Below are positions 1 through 7,602 of a DNA stretch of 24,000 nt, in pieces; position 1 is the stretch's first letter, and the number at the start of each line of letters is the position of its first letter. Below the pieces are notes generated by a model. It worked only from the letters and a program-made list of their open reading frames with translations, did no database searches and was not told the origin of the DNA. The stretch spans positions 82,854-106,853 of the forward strand of contig JBBQUT010000008.1 in the NCBI GenBank assembly GCA_038212215.1. The letters are read 5' to 3'. Position numbers and translations under genes: made by a program. The stretch comes from Mycobacteriales bacterium (GTDB lineage Bacteria; Actinomycetota; Actinomycetes; Mycobacteriales; Jatrophihabitantaceae).

Positions 1-1800
1 AAGATTCGTCGGGGACAGATTGACCGCCATCGTGAGGTCTCTCCCGGCTGCGCGCCATGCGGCGCATTGGCGCAGAGCCTGATCGAGCACGATCGTAGTG
101 AGGGCGGCCATCAGGCCAGCCGCTTCGGCCAACGGGAGGAACTCGTCCGGGTAGACGAGGCCATGCTCCGGGTGCTGCCAGCGCACGAGCGCTTCGACAC
201 CCGTGACGCAGCCGGTGACAAGGTCGAGTTTGGGCTGATAGTGCAAGACAAGTTCATCGCTGTAGAGGGCATTACGCAGAGCCTCGGTTGTGGCTAACGG
301 GTCTATCCGGTGGGCGTCGCCCGCGGGGTCGTAGACCTCGAACCCGGAACCCTTGACCTTGGCTTGATACATGGCGGTGTCGGCGTGCTGGAGTAGCTGG
401 CGCGTGTCGTCGCCGTGTGCGGGGTAGAGCGCGATGCCGACGCTCGCGCCGAGGTGCAGGGTCACGTCGTCGATGACGAATGGCGTATGCAGCGCGTCGC
501 GGAAACGTTTCGCGGCCGCACTCGCGTCCTCGCCGCTGCATCGCTGAAGCAGGACCGCGAACTCATCTCCACCGATCCGGGCGAGCAGGTCGCCCGATCG
601 AAGCGTCTCGTTGAGCCGTGTTCCTGCAAGCCGGAGCAACGCGTCCCCGACGGGGTGACCAAGGCTGTCGTTGACCTGTTTGAATCGATCCAGGTCGATG
701 AGAAGCACGGAAAGTTCGCATCCGGCCGTGGGATCGGCGAGGGCACGCGAAAGGCGGGCGTAGAACTGCCGCCGGTTGGGCAGGCCAGTCAGGTCGTCGG
801 TGCGTGCCTCATGACGTGCAAGCGCGAGTGCCTGGATCTCGCGGAACCTGAGGGCCGCGCGCATGAGGGCGGTGAGCACGCATGCCGCGCTGAGCGCAAC
901 GGGAACGACAGGTAGCCGGACGAGGCTTCCGTAGGTCAGCAACGCGAGTCCGATGACGCCGGACAGCAGCGGAAAGGCGACGGCGGCGACGCCAACCGGT
1001 CGGAGCTGTTGCTGCTGCTTTTCCTGCTGGTAGCAGGCCGCGGCCGCCACTATGACGAGCCCTAGCACCCATCCGGCGTCCCACATCGTGCCGAGGACGA
1101 AGGAGCCGTCCGCGTTGCGGAACAGAAAGCTGATGTCACTGACGGTAAAGGCGCCGAGTCCGACGCCGAGCATTAGCCAGACGCGCGGTGGCCGCCACCG
1201 GAAGAGGGCGTAGACCCCGACAAGCGTGCACAGCAGAAGCAGGTCCGCGGCGGGATAGACGATGTTCGTGGCGACGACTGCGGCGGAACCGTGTGTGTCG
1301 CGGACAATGAGCGGCAGCGCGAATGCGGAGGTGGCTGCGGCTGTGGCGAGCGCGCCGACGATGCCGTCCAGCCACAGGCTGCGCGGGAGCGCGGCGCTCT
1401 CGCTGCGCAACAATAGGAAGAACCCAAACCACATCAGCGGATAGATGGCAACGTAACCCACGTCGGCCAAGCTCGGGAATTGAAGCGGTTGGCCGCTGTG
1501 GACCGCGAGGAGCGAGTGGATGTCTCCGGCGGTCCAAAGACCACCAGCGAGCGCGAAGAACGTCCACGTCAGCCGGTTGGCTGGCACCAGCACTACGCGC
1601 AGGACCATCAATGTGGTCGACAGCGCGAGCACCAGGGGCTGCAGCCACAGGTCTCGGAACGTGTTGAGATGGGGGTGTACGCCGATCGGCAGGACCAGCC
1701 AGACGATGTAGCCACCGAATCCGCACAGCATCAGCCGTCGTATCCACACCAACCCGGACGGCGACCAGGGCGATTGGAGTTCCGACCGGTCGGACGTCAT
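1..1800 (-). CDS. Membrane-anchored diguanylate cyclase/phosphodiesterase (multi-TM sensor + GGDEF + EAL); 3' end runs off the left edge
   Basis: Absent from the ORF track because there is no stop in the window. My translation of the minus frame from ATG 1800..1798 gives MTSDRSELQSPWSPSGLVWIRRLMLCGFGGYIVWLVL..., with about 300 aa of hydrophobic TM segments. This is followed by DDLTGLPNRRQF...RSGDLLARIGGDEFAVLLQ (RxxD I-site plus GGDEF, ~541-600) and LHYQPKLDLVTGCVTGVEALVRWQHPEHGLVYPDEFLPLAE (EAL, ~100-260). I found no in-frame stop in the stretches I translated. The ATG overlaps the TGA of the upstream receiver gene (ATGA at 1797-1800). Confidence 0.9.
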   Translation of the reverse strand, partial: MTSDRSELQSPWSPSGLVWIRRLMLCGFGGYIVWLVLPIGVHPHLNTFRDLWLQPLVLALSTTLMVLRVVLVPANRLTWTFFALAGGLWTAGDIHSLLAVHSGQPLQFPSLADVGYVAIYPLMWFGFFLLLRSESAALPRSLWLDGIVGALATAAATSAFALPLIVRDTHGSAAVVATNIVYPAADLLLLCTLVGVYALFRWRPPRVWLMLGVGLGAFTVSDISFLFRNADGSFVLGTMWDAGWVLGLVIVAAAACYQQEKQQQQLRPVGVAAVAFPLLSGVIGLALLTYGSLVRLPVVPVALSAACVLTALMRAALRFREIQALALARHEARTDDLTGLPNRRQFYARLSRALADPTAGCELSVLLIDLDRFKQVNDSLGHPVGDALLRLAGTRLNETLRSGDLLARIGGDEFAVLLQRCSGEDASAAAKRFRDALHTPFVIDDVTLHLGASVGIALYPAHGDDTRQLLQHADTAMYQAKVKGSGFEVYDPAGDAHRIDPLATTEALRNALYSDELVLHYQPKLDLVTGCVTGVEALVRWQHPEHGLVYPDEFLPLAEAAGLMAALTTIVLDQALRQCAAWRAAGRDLTMAVNLSPTNL

Positions 1801-2186
1801 GACAGCGTTGCGCGGTGTTGGGCGGCGGCGGTCACGGCGGCGTGCACTACGTCGCCGGGCGCACCCTTCACGACGTAGCAATAAGCGCCCGCCTCGCGAG
1901 CTTGCTTCTGCAGCGACGCGTCATCGTATGCGCTGACCATGACGACGGCGGGGGCTACGGGTAGCTGCAGCAGGAGCTCGGTGAGCGTGATTCCGCTGAG
2001 GCCGGGCATCCTGAGGTCGGTCACGACCACGTCGGGTCGCAACGTCTTGTCCAACGCGAGTGCCTGGCTGCCGTCTGAGGCCAGCCCGACGACGTTATGG
2101 TCAAAATCGGTGAGGAGTTCCCTCAGCTGCGTTCCGACGTGTAGGTCGTCGTCGACGATGAGAACACGAATCCGGTTGTCGGTCAT
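1797..2186 (-). CDS. Stand-alone CheY-like receiver (response regulator without an output domain), 129 aa
   Basis: The sequence contains IRVLIVDDD...VVVTDLRMPGLSG...VMVSAY...YVVKG, which are the receiver acidic pocket, phospho-Asp, T/S and K motifs. No HTH or other output domain follows. It has ATGA overlaps with both the kinase (2183-2186) and the GGDEF-EAL gene (1797-1800). Confidence 0.9.
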   Translation of the reverse strand: MTDNRIRVLIVDDDLHVGTQLRELLTDFDHNVVGLASDGSQALALDKTLRPDVVVTDLRMPGLSGITLTELLLQLPVAPAVVMVSAYDDASLQKQAREAGAYCYVVKGAPGDVVHAAVTAAAQHRATLS

Positions 2187-3994
2187 GCGGGCACGCGCTG
2201 TCGGATCGCGCGGTCGAGCTTGGCTGAGCCCGGAATGTTGGGCTCGTCAGGGACAAACGCGGAGATCCGGGTACCCGACCCTGGAGCCGTCTCGAGGTGC
2301 CAGTTTCCGCCGGCGAGCTCGACTCGCTCGCGCATGCCGATCAACCCGAAGTGTCCTTTCCGCAGCTGGGCCGCCGCTTCGTCGGGAGAGAAGCCGACGC
2401 CGTCATCGCTGATGCTGAGCACGGTCCCACCGTCGCGGCGTTCAAGCCGCACTTGCAGGTGGTGGGCAGCTGCGTGTTGGCGGACGTTGAGCAGCGCCTC
2501 CTGGGCTACTCGGTATAACGCTGTCTTGCCGGTGGCCGACAGTTGCTTCTGGCCGAGTTCACTGACCAGGGTGACGTCGATGCCGGTGTTGGCGAACACG
2601 GTGGATATATGATCGCGCAACGCATCTTCGAGGCCGCTCTCGTCGAGAGCCGGCGGTCGCAAGTTCGACATCAACCGCCGCAGCCCTTCTACTTCCGCAC
2701 GCAACTCGGTCATGGCCTCCGCTGCTAGGGCCCCTGCGCGCTCGGAATTGCCGCGGCCGCCTACCCGCACCGCGCGCTCGAGCAGATACCCCAGCGCAGC
2801 CAGCCTTTGCACCGGGCCGTCGTGCAACTCCGCTGCGATGCGCACACGTTCGTCCTCACCACTACGCATCGTGGAGTCGAGCAGAAGCGCGCGCTCGGCC
2901 TGTACCTTACGCAGTTCACGTTGGGTGCGCAGGAGCTCAGCTTGCACGAGGAGTTGCCGCAGGGACACCAGCACTGAGAGCACTGCGATCGCGAGGAACA
3001 ACGCGAGACTTGTGATGGGGTCGTGCCGCTCCCTCCAAACCACAAGGCTCAACGTGGTCGCAAGGCCCACGTACGGCATCCATGACACACGCCGGCGGTA
3101 GGTACGCGAATCCTGCGTCGTGAAGTCCTCGCGAGCGGTGGGCGCGTACGCGGCCCCCGCGACGGCGAAGAAGGCCAGCGACACGATCCAGCCCACGTCA
3201 ACACGATCTCCGCCCGCATAGGTGCCGTGCACGGCAACCCAGCTGTAGATCAGATCAGTGAGGACGAAGCCGACCATGCCGACACCGAACAAGCTCAGCG
3301 GTAGCCGGAGCCCAGTCGGCACAGCTCGAAGGAGCAAACTAGTCAAGCCGACCAGCAACACCATGTCGCCCAGTGGGTAAGCGATCGAAACCGTCATCGC
3401 GACGCCGCTCTGCCCGCCTGCAACGATGATCGGCGCCAGACTCACGAACCAGATCGGCACCGCGGCCGCTATCGCTACCACGGCGCCGTCCAGGGCGAGG
3501 GTCAGATGGCGTCGAATGCTGGATGACCCCGACGGAAAGCGCAGGATGGCGATCAAAATCAGCGCATAGAACGCTAGGAAGGGAACGTCCACGAGTGAAG
3601 GAAACGGTCGGGCGTGGTCAACAACCTCGTGATAGGTCTGCATCACATCACCGATCAGCTCAGCCAAGAGAGCGGCCGAGACGAGCCGCCAGAAGCGCTC
3701 CATCCGTGGCTGGCCCCGACTGCGGCGCGCCGCCCCCCATGCCGTGAGGACGGCGAACGCATTCAGCGGGACGAAGAACAGGCCTCCCACCAACGTCTTG
3801 TGCGCAGTGCCCCCCCAACGCTGTAGCTGCCACCATCCATACGCGACGAGAATTGCCAGGCAAACCATCGCAGAACGGCTGAGCCGGCCACGGGCAGGGC
3901 CACTGCTTTGCACACGCAGAAACGCTGTCCGCCCGGCGATGCCGAACCGAATGCGATGCCGCCTGTTCCAGTGCATAACAAGGAGATCGGCCAT
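2183..3994 (-). CDS. Sensor histidine kinase, HisKA_3 (NarX/LiaS-like) type, with a large N-terminal multi-TM sensor domain
   Basis: The H-box is AAELHDGPVQRLAAL. The HATPase_c motifs are QEALLNVRQHA (N box), DDGVGF (G1) and GLIGMRERVELAGG (G2). About 330 aa of TM helices lie upstream. The start is uncertain: the first ~40 Arg-rich codons may be non-coding, and an internal M at MVCLAILV is an alternative. Confidence 0.88.
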   Translation of the reverse strand: MADLLVMHWNRRHRIRFGIAGRTAFLRVQSSGPARGRLSRSAMVCLAILVAYGWWQLQRWGGTAHKTLVGGLFFVPLNAFAVLTAWGAARRSRGQPRMERFWRLVSAALLAELIGDVMQTYHEVVDHARPFPSLVDVPFLAFYALILIAILRFPSGSSSIRRHLTLALDGAVVAIAAAVPIWFVSLAPIIVAGGQSGVAMTVSIAYPLGDMVLLVGLTSLLLRAVPTGLRLPLSLFGVGMVGFVLTDLIYSWVAVHGTYAGGDRVDVGWIVSLAFFAVAGAAYAPTAREDFTTQDSRTYRRRVSWMPYVGLATTLSLVVWRERHDPITSLALFLAIAVLSVLVSLRQLLVQAELLRTQRELRKVQAERALLLDSTMRSGEDERVRIAAELHDGPVQRLAALGYLLERAVRVGGRGNSERAGALAAEAMTELRAEVEGLRRLMSNLRPPALDESGLEDALRDHISTVFANTGIDVTLVSELGQKQLSATGKTALYRVAQEALLNVRQHAAAHHLQVRLERRDGGTVLSISDDGVGFSPDEAAAQLRKGHFGLIGMRERVELAGGNWHLETAPGSGTRISAFVPDEPNIPGSAKLDRAIRQRVPA

Positions 3995-4106
3995 CCGGCG
4001 GTCTTCTTGAGTAGAACCTGCTGCTCACCCGGAACTGGCCTCCCAACGAGCATGGCACTGGAACGGATCACCGTCGACAGAGCGCCCCGATTACACCGAC
4101 GAGGAC

Positions 4107-4420
4107 GAGCGAGGCCCGAGATCCCGAAACCGAGGTGGTAGCCGGCGGTCAGGGCCGCGGACTGTGACTTGCGTTGCTGAAGCAGGTGAGCGGTGCGGCC
4201 CGACGTGAGGCTCGCCAGGACTGCCAGCCCGAGTGCGTCACCGACCTGTCCAGTCGTGTTCACGAGGAAGAACGCCCAACCGTACTCGGCTACAGGCTTC
4301 ACAAATGGTGCAGACACCGAGCATCAAGGCCGCCGTGAAGAGCGCCGCGCCGGTGCACACCGCCGGCAAGCAGTCCAACGGCGCGCCCCCGGCAGAGCGG
4401 GCCCGCCATCTGTCAGCCAC
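4107..4420 (-). pseudogene. Remnant of the C-terminal TM helices of an MFS (EmrB/QacA-like) transporter, frameshifted and lacking its N-terminal part
   Basis: Two minus-strand ORFs in different frames (4238..4420 and 3763..4317) read ...PLDCLPAVCTGAALFTAALMLGV and then ...GWAFFLVNTTGQVGDALGLAVLASLTSG...AALTAGYHLGFGISGL. These resemble the last helices of 14-TMS drug-exporter MFS proteins (the LxNTxxQxGxALGLAVLG motif). No upstream N-terminal half exists, because a plus-strand gene starts at 4500. The tail of the ORF overlaps the kinase 5' region. Confidence 0.45.
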
Positions 4421-4499
4421 GTTCTAGAGCGCCGCATGCCGCGTCGGCGTGACCGGGTTACCGTCGATCGTGGGTATGCGAGGTCGAGGGGGTGTGCAG

Positions 4500-4691
4500 A
4501 TGAACAAGCGTGTGTGGGTTCCGGTCGGCGTGGTGATCGCGTTGCTGGGATTGGTGTTCACCCTGCAGGGCGTCGGTCTGCTCACCGGTAGCTCGATGAC
4601 CGGCAAGGCGTTCTGGGCCGTCGCCGGGCCGGTGATCGCTGTGATCGGGCTCGCGCTCGTCCGAATCGGCTCTCGCGGACGACTGCGATGA
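4500..4691 (+). CDS. Small two-TM membrane protein (63 aa), first gene of the molybdoenzyme triad
   Basis: MNKRVWVPVGVVIALLGLVFTLQGVGLLTGSSMTGKAFWAVAGPVIAVIGLALVRIG contains two hydrophobic helices. The ATG at 4500 is preceded by a GAGGGGG Shine-Dalgarno-like run. The gene ends 15 nt before the next gene. Confidence 0.6.
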   Translation: MNKRVWVPVGVVIALLGLVFTLQGVGLLTGSSMTGKAFWAVAGPVIAVIGLALVRIGSRGRLR

Positions 4692-4706
4692 CAGGGGCGT
4701 CCCGCC

Positions 4707-5402
4707 GTGGATGAGCATCGCTCGTCGGCTGCCGGCGCGCCGGTCGGGCGACGCATCGTGCTCGGTGTGCTCGCAGCCGGGCTCGCCGGCGTGCTCACCG
4801 GTGACGCCGTGTCGAACACTCTGGCTCGGGTGTTGGGGCCTCTGGAGGCCCGCGATCCGACCGGGCTGCTTTCGCTGTTCCCGCTCGGCGACACGTTCCG
4901 CTTCTATTCGGTGACCGGATCGGTGCCTCGACGCACTGCCGCGACTTACCGACTCAACGTCTCGGGCCTGGTCGCGCATCCTGCCGTCTACACGGTCGCC
5001 GATCTGCAGGCCCTTCCTCAGACGACGCTAGTTCGCGACTTCCACTGCGTCACCGGCTGGCAGGTACCCGAAGTGCACTGGGCCGGCGTGCAGCTTTCCG
5101 ATGTGCTCGCACGTGCGCAACCGCTGGCGACTGCCACGGCGATCCGGTTCCGCTCGTTCGACGGCAGCTACACCGAGAACATGACGTTGGAGCAGGCTCG
5201 TCGTCCGGACGTCATTGTGGCCCTGCAGATGCTCGGCCAGCCCGTCACGCATGATCACGGTGGCCCGGTCCGGATGTATGCGGGCTCGATGTATGGCTAC
5301 AAGAGCACGAAGTGGTTGTCCGCGATCGAACTGCTCGACCACGTCGACCCGGGGTATTGGGAGACGCGCGGCTACCCCCTCGACGGCGTCATCCAGAAGT
5401 AG
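4707..5402 (+). CDS. Molybdopterin-dependent oxidoreductase, sulfite-oxidase/YedY (MsrP-like) family catalytic subunit
   Basis: The sequence contains LVRDFHCVTGWQVPEVHWAGVQL (conserved Mo-ligand Cys context) and DGGPVRMYAGSMYGYKSTKWLSAIELLD. The N-terminus (GRRIVLGVLAAGLAGV) is an Arg-Arg-containing signal or anchor. The start is GTG at 4707. Confidence 0.85.
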   Translation: MDEHRSSAAGAPVGRRIVLGVLAAGLAGVLTGDAVSNTLARVLGPLEARDPTGLLSLFPLGDTFRFYSVTGSVPRRTAATYRLNVSGLVAHPAVYTVADLQALPQTTLVRDFHCVTGWQVPEVHWAGVQLSDVLARAQPLATATAIRFRSFDGSYTENMTLEQARRPDVIVALQMLGQPVTHDHGGPVRMYAGSMYGYKSTKWLSAIELLDHVDPGYWETRGYPLDGVIQK

Positions 5403-5415
5403 GACAAGCCAGCCG

Positions 5416-6048
5416 ATGTCTGTGACTCCCGAACCCGCGGCGCCGTCGGCGACGATCGCGCGCTTCACCCGCGCCGAGCGCTACGTCCACCGACTCACCG
5501 CCGCGCTGATGATCGTCTGCATCCTCACCGCGGCGGTTCTCTACAACGGCACGCTCGCGATCCGCGTCGGGCATCGTCGCCAGATCGAACTCGTCCACGT
5601 CTACGCCGGGTTCGCGCTGCCCGTGCCGATGCTGCTCGGCTTGGCATTTGCCGCCTACCGCCACGATGTATCGCGCCTGAATCGCTTCACCCGCGCGGAT
5701 TGGCGTTGGCTGCGCTCGCGTACGCGCCGCGACGGCTCGATCCCGATCGGCAAGTTCAATGCCGGGCAGAAGCTGAACGCCAACCTCACCGCCGGCGCGA
5801 TTCTCGTCCTGCTGGGGACCGGCGTGATCATGTACTTTCCCAGCCTCACCCGCTTGGCTTGGCGTACCGGAGCGACCTTCGTGCACGACTGGTTCGCCTT
5901 GGCGATCGGGCTGCTCATTCTCGGCCACATCTACTTCGCAACGAAGGATCGCGAAGCTCGCCGAGGAATGCGCACCGGACGTGTCTCACGGGCGTGGGCC
6001 CGCGACGAGCACCCCGAATGGGTGGACGAACTCGACAGTTCGCGGTAA
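5416..6048 (+). CDS. Cytochrome b561 / Ni-hydrogenase-type b cytochrome family membrane protein (210 aa), likely redox partner of the molybdoenzyme
   Basis: I shortened the start from the ORF-track 5215 to ATG 5416, 13 nt after the upstream stop. FTRAERYVHRLTAALMIVCILTAAVLY...HVYAGFALP...GKFNAGQKL...FVHDWFALAIGLLILGHIY shows four TM helices with conserved His residues, typical of the PF01292-like dihaem cytochrome b family. Confidence 0.8.
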   Translation: MSVTPEPAAPSATIARFTRAERYVHRLTAALMIVCILTAAVLYNGTLAIRVGHRRQIELVHVYAGFALPVPMLLGLAFAAYRHDVSRLNRFTRADWRWLRSRTRRDGSIPIGKFNAGQKLNANLTAGAILVLLGTGVIMYFPSLTRLAWRTGATFVHDWFALAIGLLILGHIYFATKDREARRGMRTGRVSRAWARDEHPEWVDELDSSR

Positions 6049-6125
6049 CACGCCGGCTCCGCATGCACCGACCGTCGCGTCAGGCTCGAAGACGTGCCGA
6101 TCAGCGGCGATGAGCGCCCGCTGGG

Positions 6126-6148
6126 AGCGGGCTGTTTTGCGAATATCG
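6126..6148 (+). terminator. Candidate intrinsic terminator after the cytochrome b gene
   Basis: GCCCGC (6126-6131), a TGGGA loop, then GCGGGC (6137-6142), followed by TGTTTTG. This is a 6-bp GC stem with a T-tract, about 80 nt after the stop at 6048. Confidence 0.45.
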
Positions 6149-6168
6149 GTCAGGTGCTTCGATGAGCC

Positions 6169-6627
6169 ATGACCAGTCACGATGATGTCGTACGCGTCGC
6201 CAGCGCCAGCCGCGAGATTGCCGCGCCCGCCGAAAAGATCTTCGAGCTCATTGCCGACCCGACTCAACAGCCTCGCTGGGACGGCAACGAGAACTTGGCG
6301 GAGGCACCCGCCGGGCAGCGAATCCGCGCCCTGGACGAGGTGTTCATCATGACGACCACGAAGGGCGACATCCGGGAGAATCACATCGTCGAGTTCGACG
6401 AGGGTCGCCGCATCGCGTGGAGACCGGCCGAACCGGGCCAGGAACCGCCGGGGCACCTTTGGCGATGGGTGCTCGAGCCGATCGACACGTCACACACGCG
6501 CGTCACGCACACCTACGACTGGACCCGGTTGACCGACGAGAAACGCATCCCACGTGCTCGGGCGACAACGGCCGACAAGCTGCATGCCTCGCTGGATCGA
6601 CTTGCGGCGCTCGCGGGACGTGACTGA
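6169..6627 (+). CDS. SRPBCC-superfamily protein (polyketide cyclase/dehydrase-like, 152 aa)
   Basis: The N-terminus VRVASASREIAAPAEKIFELIADPTQQPRWDG and the later HLWRWVLEPIDTSHTRVTHTYDW match the typical Polyketide_cyc2/SRPBCC pattern. Confidence 0.75.
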   Translation: MTSHDDVVRVASASREIAAPAEKIFELIADPTQQPRWDGNENLAEAPAGQRIRALDEVFIMTTTKGDIRENHIVEFDEGRRIAWRPAEPGQEPPGHLWRWVLEPIDTSHTRVTHTYDWTRLTDEKRIPRARATTADKLHASLDRLAALAGRD

Positions 6628-6651
6628 CGCACCGCGGCGTTGGGTCTGGAC

Positions 6652-7056
6652 TCAGCCGGTGACGGTGAGCGTGCCGGCCATGTTCGGGTGATAGGTGCAG
6701 CCGAACTTGTACGCGCCGGGCACGGACGGCGCCGTGAAGGTGCTTGTTCCGCCGCTGCCGGCGATGTTTCCGGTGTCGAACTTGTGGTTCACCTTGTCGG
6801 TCAGTGTGTGCGCCACCGAGTCGTTGTTGGTGACGGTGACCTTGGCGCCGGCCTTGACGCTCAGGTCACCTGAGTAGGCGAAGTTGGTGATGGTGATGTG
6901 AGGTGCGCTCGCCGCCGTGCCCGATCCAGCCGTGCTGGACGCCGTTGCAGCAGGAGTCGTCGCAGTAGGCGTCTTGGTTGCGCCCGAGGAGCTGCAGGAT
7001 GCGAGTAGTAGCGCGGCGACGGCAGTGGTGGCCACGAATGCGATGTGTCGTCTCAT
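6652..7056 (-). CDS. Secreted lipoprotein with a type-1 (blue) copper cupredoxin domain (134 aa)
   Basis: The signal peptide plus lipobox is MRRHIAFVATTAVAALLLASC|SS. A Thr/Ala/Ser-rich linker follows. The cupredoxin ligand pattern is NNDSVAHTL (His) ... GCTYHPNMAG (Cys-x2-His-x2-Met). Confidence 0.85.
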   Translation of the reverse strand: MRRHIAFVATTAVAALLLASCSSSGATKTPTATTPAATASSTAGSGTAASAPHITITNFAYSGDLSVKAGAKVTVTNNDSVAHTLTDKVNHKFDTGNIAGSGGTSTFTAPSVPGAYKFGCTYHPNMAGTLTVTG

Positions 7057-7228
7057 GCCCGCTGATACGGGCCGCTTCTGCGATCGGTTCAGCTACGAAC
7101 CAGACGCCGATCCAGCATGCTCTCAGCTCACGTGGCGCTAGACCGAGTCACCCGCTCGATGGCCGGCGCGTGACGGTGCGAATCCAGCGCCTGACTCCGG
7201 GCGCAGCCACTCCCGCTGTGCAGCGGTC

Positions 7229-7555
7229 TCAGGCGCGCAAGAGTGGACGTAGATCGTCAAGACGCTCGAACATCCACCAGATGTAGCGGCGGGTGCCGTT
7301 CTCGCGCAGCGGGTGCAGGTCCGCCAGTTCGGGGTCGGCGAGAAAAGCGTCGAAGGCCACCCGATCGCGCCACTCAACCAGCACGAGCGCCTGACGCGGC
7401 TCGGTGTCGCCGAGCTGAGCGGGATGCTGCGCGTGCATGCCCAGCGCGACGACACGTCCGGCGTGCCGCGCGACTGCTTCTGGTGATCGGCGCGAGTAGG
7501 CGCGGTAATCGGCGTTGTCGGCAAGGTCGAAGAGGTTCAGCGCATAGAGGCTCAT
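7229..7555 (-). CDS. DUF1330-like (dimeric alpha/beta-barrel) protein, 108 aa
   Basis: The length and pattern (LYALNLFDL...YRAY...ALVLVEWRDRVAFDAFLADPELADLHPLR) resemble DUF1330 family members. This assignment is from memory and has not been searched. Confidence 0.55.
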   Translation of the reverse strand: MSLYALNLFDLADNADYRAYSRRSPEAVARHAGRVVALGMHAQHPAQLGDTEPRQALVLVEWRDRVAFDAFLADPELADLHPLRENGTRRYIWWMFERLDDLRPLLRA

Positions 7556-7602
7556 CGCGTCGAACCGTACTCAGTGATCGGCGCGCAGCTCCTAGCCACA
7601 CA

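Noticed and set aside
1136-1747. A 203-aa minus-strand ORF (MDTTADAVRIRW...) and several other ORFs listed within 60-1900.
   Set aside because: They are out of frame with the real gene. The frame starting at ATG 1800 encodes a coherent TM/GGDEF/EAL protein. That frame is missing from the track only because it has no stop inside the window.
4318-4499. A search for a Moco or other riboswitch upstream of the molybdoenzyme operon.
   Set aside because: I could discern no conserved riboswitch core or extended nested pairing. The region is better explained by the MFS remnant plus an SD for the small membrane protein.
7086-7101. An inverted repeat, GGTTC-AGCTAC-GAACC, upstream of the cupredoxin gene, considered as a possible copper-regulator operator.
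   Set aside because: It has only 5-bp arms and does not match any operator consensus I can recall (for example CsoR/RicR-type). This could easily occur by chance in 172 bp.
7213-7226. A small hairpin, CCGCTG-TG-CAGCGG, just 3' of the DUF1330-like stop, considered as a possible terminator.
   Set aside because: The loop is too short (an effective 5-bp stem), and no U-tract follows on the transcribed strand.
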